Assembly (NCBI GenBank): GCA_963719315.1
Contig: CAVRBU010000018.1
Span: 64,001-128,000, forward strand
Reading direction: 5' to 3'
Origin: an uncultured Planctomycetota bacterium
Lineage (GTDB): Bacteria > Planctomycetota > Planctomycetia > Pirellulales > Lacipirellulaceae
Length of the DNA: 64,000 nucleotides
The notes beneath the pieces were generated by a model. It worked only from the letters and a program-made list of their open reading frames with translations, had not been told where the DNA came from and did not search any database. This document shows, one piece after another, positions 27,968 through 37,872 of the stretch. The position numbers and the translations under genes are program-made. Within the stretch, counting starts at the first letter, position 1. Each line of letters begins with the position of its first letter.

Positions 27968-29629
27968 TTACACCGCGCCGGCGCGGAGGATTAACCAATA
28001 AATGCCCATCAGTACGACCGCGGCCGCGAGGGGTAAGCCAGCCACGAGTAGCGGATTCGCACCGCGAACCTCAGTCTGCGGGGTAGCCACTTCGGCGGCC
28101 GGATTCGCCGCCGTCTTGGCCGGAGAGCCGGCGGTGTCCACGGCTGGCGCTGTCTTTGAATCGCCGCCGTTTTGGTCGCCCTGCCCTGCTTGACCAAAAG
28201 TTGCCGGGTCGGGTATCTGGCTGGCGTCCGTCTTTTCATCGGCTGCCGACGCGGCAAAAGCTTGCGTCGAATCGGCTTTCGCCGCTGCCTCCGTTGACGA
28301 TGTCGTGCTTGCCGGAGTGCCGCTCTTGGCCGCGGTTGCGCTCGCCGCTGACGCGGCGCCGCGGGCTCGGCCGAGCGCACCGAACGCCATTAGGCTACGG
28401 GCCGTTTTCACGGTCTCGGGGTCGAGCTTTTCCAACTCGGCGATTGCCGCTTTAGCTCGCGTGCCAACTTCGCCTTCCTGTTCGCTCGCAACCGTGAGAT
28501 AACTAACGACGGGTTGGCGGACGTAGCCCTTGGCGTCCGAATTCTTGAACATCTCGACCATCTGATCGAGCACGGACCAATCTTCCCACCGCGACAAATC
28601 GAGAATCACCTGATCGGCGAAGTCCGGATTCTTGAGTAACAGCCGCATCGCGGCCAACAATCGCTCTCGCGGCACGACGCCCGTGTTTTCGTCGCCGTGA
28701 AACCGTAACGCCATGATCGTCGAATAAATGTGCGTGTACTCGGCATGCGGGTTTTTCAGGAAGCGATCCTCGACCAGATCGAGACCGTCCGGCCCCCGCA
28801 GGATCAGGTAGCACGCGACCAGCGCGTCGAGCCCCAGCTTCTTGCGGCGCTCGTCCTGCTGCACGGCCTCAATCCAGGCAGGCATTCCGATCGGCCCGCC
28901 CATAGTCATGCCTGTTCCGACTAGCCCAACGAGCGCCGGTTTCATGGCGTCGAAGTCCGATACGATCATCGCTTCGAGGAGCGGCACGTCGGCTTTGCTG
29001 CCGCACACGCCGAGCATGGTGAGATACAGCCGCCGCCGGCTGGGGCTGACCTCGGGATCGGCGACCCACTTCACGATTTTGTCGTGCTTCATCTGTGGCT
29101 TAAGCTCGTGTAGTTCGGCGTAAGGCGCTCGGCCGAATTCGTCGTAGGAGTCCTGAGCGAGAAGCGGATCGGCGTGCTCCAAGTAGTCTTGGAAAAATAC
29201 CAAGCGTTCTGGGCCGGTAGGCGCGACGGAGGGCAACTTGCGTACATATTCCACGGCCGCCGGCGTGAGTGGCAGCGGCGTGGTCCAATCGATTTTGTCT
29301 TTGCCAAGGCCGGTGATGAGGTAGGTCTTATTGCGATCCGTGTCGCCAAAGAAGACGACGCTGATCTCGGCTTCCGGCTTGAGCATGTCCGGGCCTTTCA
29401 TGGCTTCGATGACTTGAAACGTCGCCATGCCTGAGTTCGGGTCGTTGGCATCCGAGGCCGCCGGCGCTTCCTTCAGGAGTTTCGCCAAGACGACTGCATC
29501 GGCCCCCTTAGTTTCCTCGCTGAGCGTCTGCGATTCGACGTTGCAGAAGGGGCAGGCGGAGGCGCTGCTAACTAAAGCGAGGGCGAACGCACAACACGTG
29601 GCGCAAATTCCGTAAGAACTTGGATTCAT
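27968..29629 (-). CDS. Exported, C-terminally anchored hypothetical protein with N-terminal CPFC
   Basis: Signal peptide ASA-CPFC; helical core; low-complexity linker; C-terminal TM. Confidence 0.75.
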   Translation of the reverse strand: MNPSSYGICATCCAFALALVSSASACPFCNVESQTLSEETKGADAVVLAKLLKEAPAASDANDPNSGMATFQVIEAMKGPDMLKPEAEISVVFFGDTDRNKTYLITGLGKDKIDWTTPLPLTPAAVEYVRKLPSVAPTGPERLVFFQDYLEHADPLLAQDSYDEFGRAPYAELHELKPQMKHDKIVKWVADPEVSPSRRRLYLTMLGVCGSKADVPLLEAMIVSDFDAMKPALVGLVGTGMTMGGPIGMPAWIEAVQQDERRKKLGLDALVACYLILRGPDGLDLVEDRFLKNPHAEYTHIYSTIMALRFHGDENTGVVPRERLLAAMRLLLKNPDFADQVILDLSRWEDWSVLDQMVEMFKNSDAKGYVRQPVVSYLTVASEQEGEVGTRAKAAIAELEKLDPETVKTARSLMAFGALGRARGAASAASATAAKSGTPASTTSSTEAAAKADSTQAFAASAADEKTDASQIPDPATFGQAGQGDQNGGDSKTAPAVDTAGSPAKTAANPAAEVATPQTEVRGANPLLVAGLPLAAAVVLMGIYWLILRAGAV

Positions 29630-29671
29630 AGGAGTATCGTTTCTTTGCCAAAAACTTAATCATTCAAAGCG

Positions 29672-29838
29672 AAAGAAGCTTCACGCAGAGGCGCGGAGGT
29701 CGGAGAGGAAGGGAACACTAATCTACGCTAATTCTCACTAATCTATTTTTGGTTTTTAGTGGCGATTAGCGCAGATTAGTGTTCCCAACACACTGCTTTA
29801 GCCTCCGCGAACTCCGCGCCTCCGCGTGAAACTTCTTT
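29672..29838. repeat. Nested palindromes (outer CACGCAGAGGCGCGGAG type; inner CACTAAT/ATTAGTG type at 29711-29786)
   Basis: TTCACGCAGAGGCGCGGAG..[GGGAACACTAATCTACGCTAAT..ATTAGCGCAGATTAGTGTTCCC]..CTCCGCGCCTCCGCGTGAA. Confidence 0.88.
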
Positions 29839-29893
29839 TGTTTTTGTACCAGGTAATAACCATTTTACCCACGGCCCTGCCGGGCGGATACGG

Positions 29894-31429
29894 CTAGCGG
29901 CTGCCGGCGAGTGCTTTCGCAACGTCGGTTCGGTAGGCAGCCAAGGCCGGCAAAAAGCCTACGAGCGAGGCCAGCAGCAACAATCCGGGTATGAGCACCA
30001 GTTCCTGCCAGTCGAACTCCAAAAGACTCAGCGAAATGCCGGTGCGCTCAACGACATACGAACTGGCGAGGCCAATCATGCCGTGCCCCAGCAGGATGCC
30101 AATCAGGCCGCCGCCGAGTGCCAGCAGGATCGACTCGACGAGCACGATCGCCATCACGGCGTTGCGGCTGGCACCGAGTGCGCGCATCACCGCGATGTCG
30201 TGGCTGCGCTCGTTCATCGAATTGTAAATGCTCACGAGAATGCTGATCCCGGCCACGATGACGACCAAGACGGTTAATACCAAGAGCACGATCCGCAGCG
30301 GGCCCACGATGCTGTTCAACAGCACGGCGACTTCGCGCGTGGGGGCTACCGCTTGCGCAACGCGGCCTTTGCCTTTGTTGATCTTGAAATCGAGATACTG
30401 CGGACCCAACGGACTTTTGCACAGCACGAGGATCAACGTCACCTCACGTTGATCGGCCGGCAACGGCTTGACTTCCCCCGCTGCTATCTGCCGATCGAGT
30501 TCTTGTTCAATCTCATGCTCGTGTGCTTCCTCCGATTCGGTGTGTGCATGAGCCCCGCTGGGTTTAGATTCTGTGTCATGGACATGGCCCGCATTGTGGT
30601 CGATCTCAACGCTTTCGAGTTTGACGTTTTTGTCGTCGTGCGCATCAGCATCCGCATCCTTGCCTGCATGTTCATTTTCCGTTGGAGGGCCATGTTCGGG
30701 GTGCGCTGCGTCTTGGGCTTCGACTGAATCCTCTTCATGCGCCGATAGCGCATGCCCCGGCAAGAGATAAAAACCTTCGATGTTCATGAACAATGCGCGG
30801 TCATCCGCAGTTCCGGTCGGCTTCAAGACGCCGACGATCTTGACCGCGTGATGTAGGTCGCTACCGCCCGCGAGGCCGTGACTGGGTTGAAACGTGTCGC
30901 CAACTTTGAGGCCCGAGCGGGCCGCGACCACCGAGCCGATCACGCCTTCGAAGAATGCATCCGTCTTGAAGTTTCGTCCGCCTGGCTCGAATTCATAGTT
31001 TTTGAGCGATCCGTCCGAATTGCTGCCGTAGTGGATTTTCTCGAATAGGTCGGGCGTCGTCGCTACGACGCGGAACACCGAATTGTCGGGCGATTGATAA
31101 CTGTCGCCCAAGCATTGGGGAATTGCCACTGAAGTAACGTCCGCAAACTCTCCGCCAGGCAGAAACTTCTGATAGTAACTGTAGGGAATCGGATACAAAG
31201 GCTGGCCGATGTGGTAGACCGTGCTGAGTACGAGTTGCAACGAACCGCCCTTGCCGCCGACGATCAGGTGGTAGCCTTGTGCATTCTGTTCGAATTGCCG
31301 CACGGCCACGGAGTAGATCACGATCACGACGATCATCACCGCCACGCCGAGCGCCATCGAGAGCGCGGTGAGGGCCGACGCGAGGCCGCGCTGCTCCATA
31401 TTTCGCCAGGCTATTTTCCAAAACGGCAT
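29894..31429 (-). CDS. ABC transporter permease (MacB/FtsX-like) with His/acidic insertion
   Basis: IAWRN, GSLQLVLSTVYHIG, His/Glu/Asp-rich loop, ERSHDIAVMRALGASR, PALAAYRTDV. Confidence 0.9.
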   Translation of the reverse strand: MPFWKIAWRNMEQRGLASALTALSMALGVAVMIVVIVIYSVAVRQFEQNAQGYHLIVGGKGGSLQLVLSTVYHIGQPLYPIPYSYYQKFLPGGEFADVTSVAIPQCLGDSYQSPDNSVFRVVATTPDLFEKIHYGSNSDGSLKNYEFEPGGRNFKTDAFFEGVIGSVVAARSGLKVGDTFQPSHGLAGGSDLHHAVKIVGVLKPTGTADDRALFMNIEGFYLLPGHALSAHEEDSVEAQDAAHPEHGPPTENEHAGKDADADAHDDKNVKLESVEIDHNAGHVHDTESKPSGAHAHTESEEAHEHEIEQELDRQIAAGEVKPLPADQREVTLILVLCKSPLGPQYLDFKINKGKGRVAQAVAPTREVAVLLNSIVGPLRIVLLVLTVLVVIVAGISILVSIYNSMNERSHDIAVMRALGASRNAVMAIVLVESILLALGGGLIGILLGHGMIGLASSYVVERTGISLSLLEFDWQELVLIPGLLLLASLVGFLPALAAYRTDVAKALAGSR

Positions 31430-31476
31430 ATTGATCCGTTCGTTTACTTGAGTCCGTGCCGATCGCCGCTTGCGGC

Positions 31477-32151
31477 TTAGCTGACTGTCGCAATGACGCG
31501 ATTCAGGTTTTCCAAATGCTCAACCCGATCGAACTGCTCTGAAACTTCAGTTGAATGCGTTACCAGTAGCATCGCCACGTTCTCCGCTCGGCACACTTCG
31601 CGCAACAGGTCGATCACGTGTTGCTGGTGAGCGGGGTCAATGTTGGCCGTCGGCTCATCCGCGAGTAACAATACCGGGCGATTGACCAGAGCCCGGGCGA
31701 CCGCCACCCGTTGCTGCTCACCCACCGAAAGCGCCGCCGGCTTGTGCGACAAGCGATGGCCAAGCCCGACACGGCCCAACAGTTCAGTCGCCCGCTTGGG
31801 GTCATTTCGCTGGCCCGTGAACGTCATGCCGAGCAGCACGTTCTCGAGGGCCGAAAAGCCTGCTAGCAGATTGAATGTTTGGAATACAAAGCCAAGGTGA
31901 CGAGCTCGGAACCGATCGCGGGCCGCTTCGGCGAGCCGCGTGACCTCCGTCGTCTGAATGACGATTCGACCGTCATCCGGCGTGGCGAGACCAGCGATTA
32001 CGTTAAGGAGAGTCGTTTTTCCGCCACCGCTTTGGCCGCGGATGACCACTTGCTCACCGGCCGATAGTTCGAGCCTGGGTACGTTCAAGATCGGCAGCCG
32101 CTCGCCGTTGGGCTCCCGATAGGACTTTTTGACGTTTTCGACCAGGAGCAT
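31477..32151 (-). CDS. ABC transporter ATP-binding protein (LolD-like)
   Basis: GQSGGGKTT, GFVFQTFNLL, LSVGEQQRVAVARA, LLADEPT, VTH. Confidence 0.95.
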   Translation of the reverse strand: MLLVENVKKSYREPNGERLPILNVPRLELSAGEQVVIRGQSGGGKTTLLNVIAGLATPDDGRIVIQTTEVTRLAEAARDRFRARHLGFVFQTFNLLAGFSALENVLLGMTFTGQRNDPKRATELLGRVGLGHRLSHKPAALSVGEQQRVAVARALVNRPVLLLADEPTANIDPAHQQHVIDLLREVCRAENVAMLLVTHSTEVSEQFDRVEHLENLNRVIATVS

Positions 32152-32192
32152 GGGCGTGGTTGCGGCGAGGTGGGCCGAGCGCAATTAATCGC

Positions 32193-32215
32193 AAAGTGTT
32201 GAAATATAACGCTTT
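32193..32215. promoter_or_regulatory. Candidate Zur/Fur-family operator
   Basis: AAAGTGTTGAA-A-TATAACGCTTT, imperfect 23-bp palindrome about 40 bp upstream of the ABC ATPase; resembles GAAATGTTATA-N-TATAACATTTC. Confidence 0.55.
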
Positions 32216-32488
32216 GGGGCAGAATCGTATAGCCGCGTTCACTTCCAAAGCACGCGGCCCGGCGCTTCGGGCTAGCTTCCCGCGTTACGCAATCAATCCC
32301 CATTAAGTTCGCTAGCTCGATAGGCTTTGGGCAATTTCTACATGCCATCACGGAAGGTTTTACACACTGTGGTAGGTGCGACCCAAGTGATTGCAGGCTC
32401 TCGAAACGAACGTCCTCCGCACGGAAACCTTGCTGCACCAATCAGTTGTGTCGATGATTGGAAATTCTCTGCTCGTGCCATTGGTTCT

Positions 32489-32504
32489 TGGCACGCCGTC
32501 TGCA
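32489..32504 (+). promoter_or_regulatory. Candidate sigma54 promoter
   Basis: TGGCACG-CCGT-CTGCA (GG-N10-GC). Confidence 0.6.
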
Positions 32505-32514
32505 TTACATACGC

Positions 32515-32700
32515 GACGGTAGAAGAGTGGGACGGCGGCCCGGGCCAATCCGGTGCGGGTGCATCGAACCGCGATTTGAAGGCCGACGTCCAGCAGATGA
32601 GTTCCGGCTTGTAAAACTTTTGGGCTGCCCGAAGGCAGTCCGCATTTCTCCCCGCCTGAGGGCCGACGAGGTCTCCCGCACCTCGCCGGCCCTTCTTTTT
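32515..32700 (+). ncRNA. Candidate small RNA
   Basis: Between the sigma54-like box and a strong terminator; no convincing ORF; internal hairpin GGGCTGCC-CGAA-GGCAGTCC. Confidence 0.4.
32658..32700 (+). terminator. Intrinsic terminator
   Basis: GAGGGCCGACGAGG-loop-CCTCGCCGGCCCTT-CTTTTT. Confidence 0.75.
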
Positions 32701-32813
32701 GCGCCGCCACTTGGCGGCCTCTCCATGCCGGCCACCACCGCTTGCGGCTTAGCACTCGGCGTGACCAAACTTATGTTTGGAATGCGCCCTGCTCTCGCCA
32801 ATTGTCTACAAAT

Positions 32814-34376
32814 ATGACGACATCCGCCGAAGACGCTCGATCAGCCGACGCTGCTAATCCCAATTCGGCCCGGCAGGCCGCGCTCGATTGGCTCAAGAGC
32901 CGCATCAACTACGAGCGCACCGCGTTCGTGCCCTATCAAGAGCGGCAGCTCAAGCTCGATCGCATGCGCCAGCTTCTTACGCGGCTTGGCCAGCCGGATG
33001 CGGGCATGAAGATCGTTCACGTGGCAGGCACCAAGGGCAAAGGCTCCACGTCCGCCATGGTCGCCGCGATGCTCACCGCCGCCGGCTATCGCACGGGCCT
33101 GTTCAGTTCGCCGCATTTGGAGCGAATCGAGGAGCGATTCGCCGTAGACGGCCAGCTTTGCACCGCTGATGAGTTGGCCACGCTCGTTGATCGCGTAAAC
33201 GCCGTCGTGCGGCCGATGGACGAAGAAGCGGCGGCCGACGGCGATTCCGACGGCGGGCCAACCTATTTCGAAATCACGACGGCGATGGCGTTATTGCACT
33301 TCGTTGAACGCCAGGCTGACGCGGTCATTTTGGAGGTTGGCCTGGGCGGCCGGTTGGATTCGACCAATGTTTGCCTGCCTGCAGTGAGCGTGATCACGTC
33401 GATCAGTTTCGATCACATGCGCCAGCTCGGCTACACACTGGCCGCGATTGCCGGCGAGAAGGCTGGAATTATCAAACCGGGTGTCCCGGTCATCAGTGGA
33501 GTAATCGATTCCGAGCCGCAGGCTGTCATCGCGAATATCGCCCGCGAGCATGGCTGCCGACTCATTCAATTGGGCCGCGATTTCCGGTTTACCTACCGGG
33601 TCGCAGTCGAGGGAAGGCAAGGAGACGATGAGATAAGGCGACAAGGAGAGGCAGGATCTCGGGTCTCCTTGTCTCCTAGTCTCCTTGTCTCCCCCTCTCC
33701 TCCTCTTCCCCTCTCCTTGTCAAGCACTCTAGGGACGATCGACTTCGAATACTTAATCTCTGGTCAGGAATACCAAATCGATCATGTGCCGTTAGCAATG
33801 CGCGGCCCGCATCAGGCGGCTAACGCGGCGATTGCTCTGGCGACCGTGGCTGAGCTTCGCCATCAGGGTTGGTGCGTTTCTGGTGATGCGATGCGAACGG
33901 GATTGTCGCGAGCCGCGTTACCCGGGCGAGTCGAAATCTTGCCGGGCGATTCGACGATTGTGCTCGACACGGCCCATAATCCCGCTTCCGCCCGGGCGCT
34001 GGTCGAAACCCTTGCCGAATTGCCGGCGCCCCGACGCCGCACGCTAATCGTCTCCATGAGTTCCGACAAAGATGTGCCGGCCGTCGTTCGCGAGCTGGCG
34101 CCTTATTTTGATCGAATCATTGCAACGCAATATCAGGATAACCCGCGTGCCGTGCCGGCCGATAAACTTGCGGAGATCGTCCGCCGTGAGCTAGCCGGAC
34201 GTCCAACCGATGTCGTAACTTGCTTTACGCCGCGCGAGGCTTGGCGCGTTGCCACCCAATCGACGGTCCCGAACGAATGTATTTCAATTGCTGGGTCGTT
34301 CTTCTTGGCTGCCGAAATGCGCCCGTTGGTTCTCTCTGATTATGCGGCCGAAACTTCGAAGCCAGTCGTCCGATAG
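32814..34376 (+). CDS. folC: Folylpolyglutamate synthase/dihydrofolate synthase
   Basis: VHVAGTKGKGST, FSSPHL..ER, TYFEITT, EVGLGGRLDSTN, EKAGIIK, DTAHNP. Confidence 0.95.
   Translation: MTTSAEDARSADAANPNSARQAALDWLKSRINYERTAFVPYQERQLKLDRMRQLLTRLGQPDAGMKIVHVAGTKGKGSTSAMVAAMLTAAGYRTGLFSSPHLERIEERFAVDGQLCTADELATLVDRVNAVVRPMDEEAAADGDSDGGPTYFEITTAMALLHFVERQADAVILEVGLGGRLDSTNVCLPAVSVITSISFDHMRQLGYTLAAIAGEKAGIIKPGVPVISGVIDSEPQAVIANIAREHGCRLIQLGRDFRFTYRVAVEGRQGDDEIRRQGEAGSRVSLSPSLLVSPSPPLPLSLSSTLGTIDFEYLISGQEYQIDHVPLAMRGPHQAANAAIALATVAELRHQGWCVSGDAMRTGLSRAALPGRVEILPGDSTIVLDTAHNPASARALVETLAELPAPRRRTLIVSMSSDKDVPAVVRELAPYFDRIIATQYQDNPRAVPADKLAEIVRRELAGRPTDVVTCFTPREAWRVATQSTVPNECISIAGSFFLAAEMRPLVLSDYAAETSKPVVR
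33611..33721. repeat. Octamer-arm palindrome, (GACAAGGA)n / (TCCTTGTC)n, in frame inside folC
   Basis: GGCAAGGAGACGATGAGATAAGGCGACAAGGAGA ... GTCTCCTTGTCTCCTAGTCTCCTTGTCTCCCCCTCTCC; encodes GRQGDDEIRRQGEAGSRVSLSPSLLVSPSPPLPLSLS. Confidence 0.88.
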
Positions 34377-34561
34377 TGCCGCACGCGCGGCTGTTGGCAT
34401 CGCTCCATCCGGACCTCATCCTGCAGTTTCTTGATCAGTTGGGCAACGTATGGGTCGGCCCAGGGCAACATATCGCGAACGATCGCGCCTCGCGTCATGC
34501 CACCCCGTTGTAGCTCCGAAACAGCCAACACCGTGCAACGAACTCGATTGAATGCGACCAT
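34340..34561 (-). CDS. Small hypothetical protein (start may be 34498)
   Basis: WADPYVAQLIKKLQDEVR amphipathic helix; sigma54-like box upstream. Confidence 0.5.
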   Translation of the reverse strand: MVAFNRVRCTVLAVSELQRGGMTRGAIVRDMLPWADPYVAQLIKKLQDEVRMERCQQPRVRHYRTTGFEVSAA

Positions 34562-34722
34562 AGTTCTGTCCCCCGACTTGAAGTGATTAGATTCGTGACA
34601 AGTTTGTGCGCCCAATTCGGTCGCACGCGGCTCTCACTGTGACGAGGTCGGTTCGAGGAGAACCGTAAGCGTCCTGCGTCGGTGAAAACGTCGCCATTCC
34701 CAATGGCGACGGCGGGGAGTAG

Positions 34723-34738
34723 AGCAGACCCCGTGCCA
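34723..34738 (-). promoter_or_regulatory. Candidate sigma54 promoter
   Basis: TGGCACG-GGGT-CTGCT on the minus strand (GG-N10-GC). Confidence 0.6.
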
Positions 34739-35143
34739 AAGGGCAAATCGGGGTAACCGATTCTCTGGATTGGAGTCGTAAGACTTTTGAGAATAATACT
34801 TTAACGCAATTTCAAGCCACTGCTAGCCAGCCGGCGAAGTGATGGATAAGGCCTGTTAGAATTACGCTCTGGGAGACAAGACCTACAAAGCGTAGCCGCA
34901 ATCTACGGCTTTTCGACCTACCGGCCCTGAAGAAAATGGACCGGCTGTTGCATCGGCTCATCGACGAATTCTTCGGCCGCACGCCCCTAGGTGAGGCACG
35001 CGAACGACGCGATCGTCGTCGCGACCAGGAGCAAAAGATTGCGTTGCGGCATCGAACCGAACCATCTCGTCAGGGCACGCTTGCTTGGCAAGTGGATTGT
35101 CCTGCCGAACCTTGTCAACGCAATGTAACCATCAATCAGAATG

Positions 35144-36478
35144 CTACCAATAGCCTTCGAGGCCGAAGGAAGCTCCGTGATAGAACGGGTCGCCGGTCGT
35201 ATTGAGATACGAGAACTCGGGAATGAACGTCGCTTGCGACGGCGCCAACGCTACCGAGGTGAGATACATCAACTCGTACCCCGCCCGTAACGACACGTTG
35301 GGCGTAATGTGGAACCGACTTTGCAGCCTAAATTCGCCGACAAACGATAACTGGTTTTCTCGCAAGCGCAGATCTGAATCATTTGTATTATTGGCTGTGA
35401 ACGTCAATTGATTTCGGCCTAGTGCGTCGTTCAAGTAAACGCCGCCCTTGCCTAGGAACCCAACGCTCCAACGCGGTGCCTGATAGGTTATGCCGCCGCC
35501 CGATTGAAAGCCAAACAGGTCGTTGTCGGTACGAATGAAATAGTGCCCGTCGTCACCGACTACTGCGATGTCTTCAGCGCGCCAATCGAGCTTATCTTCC
35601 AATTCCATGAATCGCAGACCGGCTAGGTATTCGCGCTCGATACCGGCATTGGCGGCGCGATGCCAGCCGCCGTTCGGGTCCATGACCAGTTGGTCGTGAC
35701 CCAGGCGTTGCCGGACGCGATAGTTCATTTCAAAGCTTTTGTAATGACTCAGGTATTGAACGGTCTGGCGGCTGGAGCCGGAGAAAGAGATATTTCCGCC
35801 GTCGATAACGAAGGGCACGAAGAGTCCGAATGGTTGTTCCGACGTGATCACACGGTCCTGCTCCCAATTGCCGCCGCCGAAGGCCGTGAATTCGACGCTG
35901 TGGTCACGATTGCGGGAGTCGCGAAACAGGAAGTGTCCCAACGTGGTCCGCACCGATGCATCCTCCCCCGGGAGACTGCCGTTGATAATCAAGAGCCGAT
36001 TTGTATTCAGGAAGATCGGGTTGAAGCCCAAGCTGGCGTTGTTTACCGGAGGAATCGTTACATTCGGATCCTGGGCGGCGAGCCGCTTGTCGCTCCGATC
36101 CCAAATCCGATTGAATACGACCGCATCCGCTTCAGCGTACCAGAAGCCGCGTTGAAGCCAGGTGCCGGTGCTTTCGATGGGAGCGATTTGGTTCCAAAGT
36201 CCGCCAACGTCCGGATACTCGCACTCCGCGCCGAGGTCGTAGTTCTGAACTTGGGGAGCGGCGAAGTCTTCCGAGGAACTCGGTCCCGGAAGTGATTCTT
36301 CCCCACCAATAGCCGGCGTGTACTGGGCAGAGCCCGTACCGCTCATTGTCTCCGCCGGCAGCGGCAAATCGGGCGGCGCTTCGTCGCCCCAACCGGATGA
36401 CGGACCCTGGGCCCTTGCAACGCCGGCCCACAGTGCCGCCGTCATGATCAGCCCGATCAGTCTGGTCGAGTTGGTCAT
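35144..36478 (-). CDS. Planctomycete outer-membrane beta-barrel (BBP7-like)
   Basis: Signal peptide ARA-Q; TDNDLFGFQSG, LRAGYELMYL..VALAPSQ, FYHGASFGLEGYW with terminal aromatic residue. Confidence 0.8.
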   Translation of the reverse strand: MTNSTRLIGLIMTAALWAGVARAQGPSSGWGDEAPPDLPLPAETMSGTGSAQYTPAIGGEESLPGPSSSEDFAAPQVQNYDLGAECEYPDVGGLWNQIAPIESTGTWLQRGFWYAEADAVVFNRIWDRSDKRLAAQDPNVTIPPVNNASLGFNPIFLNTNRLLIINGSLPGEDASVRTTLGHFLFRDSRNRDHSVEFTAFGGGNWEQDRVITSEQPFGLFVPFVIDGGNISFSGSSRQTVQYLSHYKSFEMNYRVRQRLGHDQLVMDPNGGWHRAANAGIEREYLAGLRFMELEDKLDWRAEDIAVVGDDGHYFIRTDNDLFGFQSGGGITYQAPRWSVGFLGKGGVYLNDALGRNQLTFTANNTNDSDLRLRENQLSFVGEFRLQSRFHITPNVSLRAGYELMYLTSVALAPSQATFIPEFSYLNTTGDPFYHGASFGLEGYW

Positions 36479-36816
36479 GGATTTGATCTCCCCCCAAGCC
36501 AAAAGCCGAACTGGCAATAATTGTGAACGTGGGTTTTTCCAGCGACGCCCGATTTAGCCAGCGCAAATCGCTTCAAATGCCGCCGGGGCAATTCCTGTGA
36601 ATCGTTAATCGGCCCACCCCCGGCCGTTAATGCAGCAATAACCGGTAGAATCGGAGGAATCGTTCTTCTCAACGCGATCCACAATTGTTCCGCATCTTCT
36701 CCGGACCGCGGTTTTTGAGCAGCTTCTCATGCAAAGTTCCCTTGCGGCCCATGCTGCGATATCATTGGCGGTGCAGCCCAACACTAAACGCACCGCCGAG
36801 TAGGAGGGAGCTAGCA

Positions 36817-37872
36817 ATGTCGTCACCCCTGCAGTCGTTAATCGCCACCGGGACCAAGCTCTGGCTCGATTCGGTGGACCCCGAACTGGTGAAGACCAAT
36901 CGAGCGCTCGGCGCGACGGGGGCAACGTCCAACCCAATTATCATCTCCAACCTCATCGAAGCCGGAGAATTCGACCAACAGCTCGATAACCTGCTGCAGG
37001 AAAAAGAGCTGAGCGATGAAGAAGTCGCCTGGCAGCTAACTGACCGCGTAGTGCGTTCCGCTCAAGAGGTTTTCCGGCCCGTGTGGGACAAAACGAAAGG
37101 CGGCGACGGCTACGTGAGTTTTGAGCTCGATCCGCTGCTCGAAGACCCGGCCAATACGCTCTCACACGAAGCCCGCGTAGCTCGCTATGTGGAGCTAGGC
37201 GTCAAGTGGTCGAAAGGTCACGAAAACCGCATGATCAAAGTGCCGGCGACACCCGCGGGGCTGGATGCGCTGGAGGAACTGTGTGCGGCCGGCGTTACGC
37301 TCAACGTCACACTGATCTTCACGATGCGTCAATACGAGGCGGCCCGCGACTCCGTTTGGCGCGGTGCGCAGCGTCGTTCGTCGCTGGATCGGTTCAAAAG
37401 CGTGTACAGCATCTTTGTGTCGCGCGTGGATGTTTACACGGAAAAGCACGTGCCAGAACTTTCACCGGCGGCACAGGGACAGGTTGGTATTGTCGGCGCG
37501 AAGCGGATTTGGAAAGCCAACCAACAGTTTTGGGCCCCGAAGCGCACACCGTTGCGGCAGGAAATGATCTTCGCCAGCACCGGCACCAAGCGACCCGAAG
37601 ACCCGCCGTGGAAATACGTCGAGGCGCTCGCCGGCAGCGACATTCAAACGAACCCGCCGGCGACGAACGCCGCGGTAGAAAAAAGCGGCCGCACATTTAA
37701 GCGCATGGTGGATCAGTTGCCGCCGGCGAATGTGCTGGCCGAAATCGATGACAAGGTAAACATTGAGAATTTGGAAACGGTCTTGATGCGCGAAGGAGTT
37801 GCCAAGTTCGCCGATCCACAGAAATCGCTGCTCAAACTTCTCGCCGACCGGCGACGCTCGCAGGCCAAGTAG
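36817..37872 (+). CDS. tal: Transaldolase
   Basis: [55 protein letters not shown]. Confidence 0.92.
   Translation: MSSPLQSLIATGTKLWLDSVDPELVKTNRALGATGATSNPIIISNLIEAGEFDQQLDNLLQEKELSDEEVAWQLTDRVVRSAQEVFRPVWDKTKGGDGYVSFELDPLLEDPANTLSHEARVARYVELGVKWSKGHENRMIKVPATPAGLDALEELCAAGVTLNVTLIFTMRQYEAARDSVWRGAQRRSSLDRFKSVYSIFVSRVDVYTEKHVPELSPAAQGQVGIVGAKRIWKANQQFWAPKRTPLRQEMIFASTGTKRPEDPPWKYVEALAGSDIQTNPPATNAAVEKSGRTFKRMVDQLPPANVLAEIDDKVNIENLETVLMREGVAKFADPQKSLLKLLADRRRSQAK

Noticed and set aside
34936..35205. 89-aa plus-strand ORF
   Set aside because: Overlaps the barrel gene's 3' end and has no motif or clear SD; cannot be supported, though not excluded
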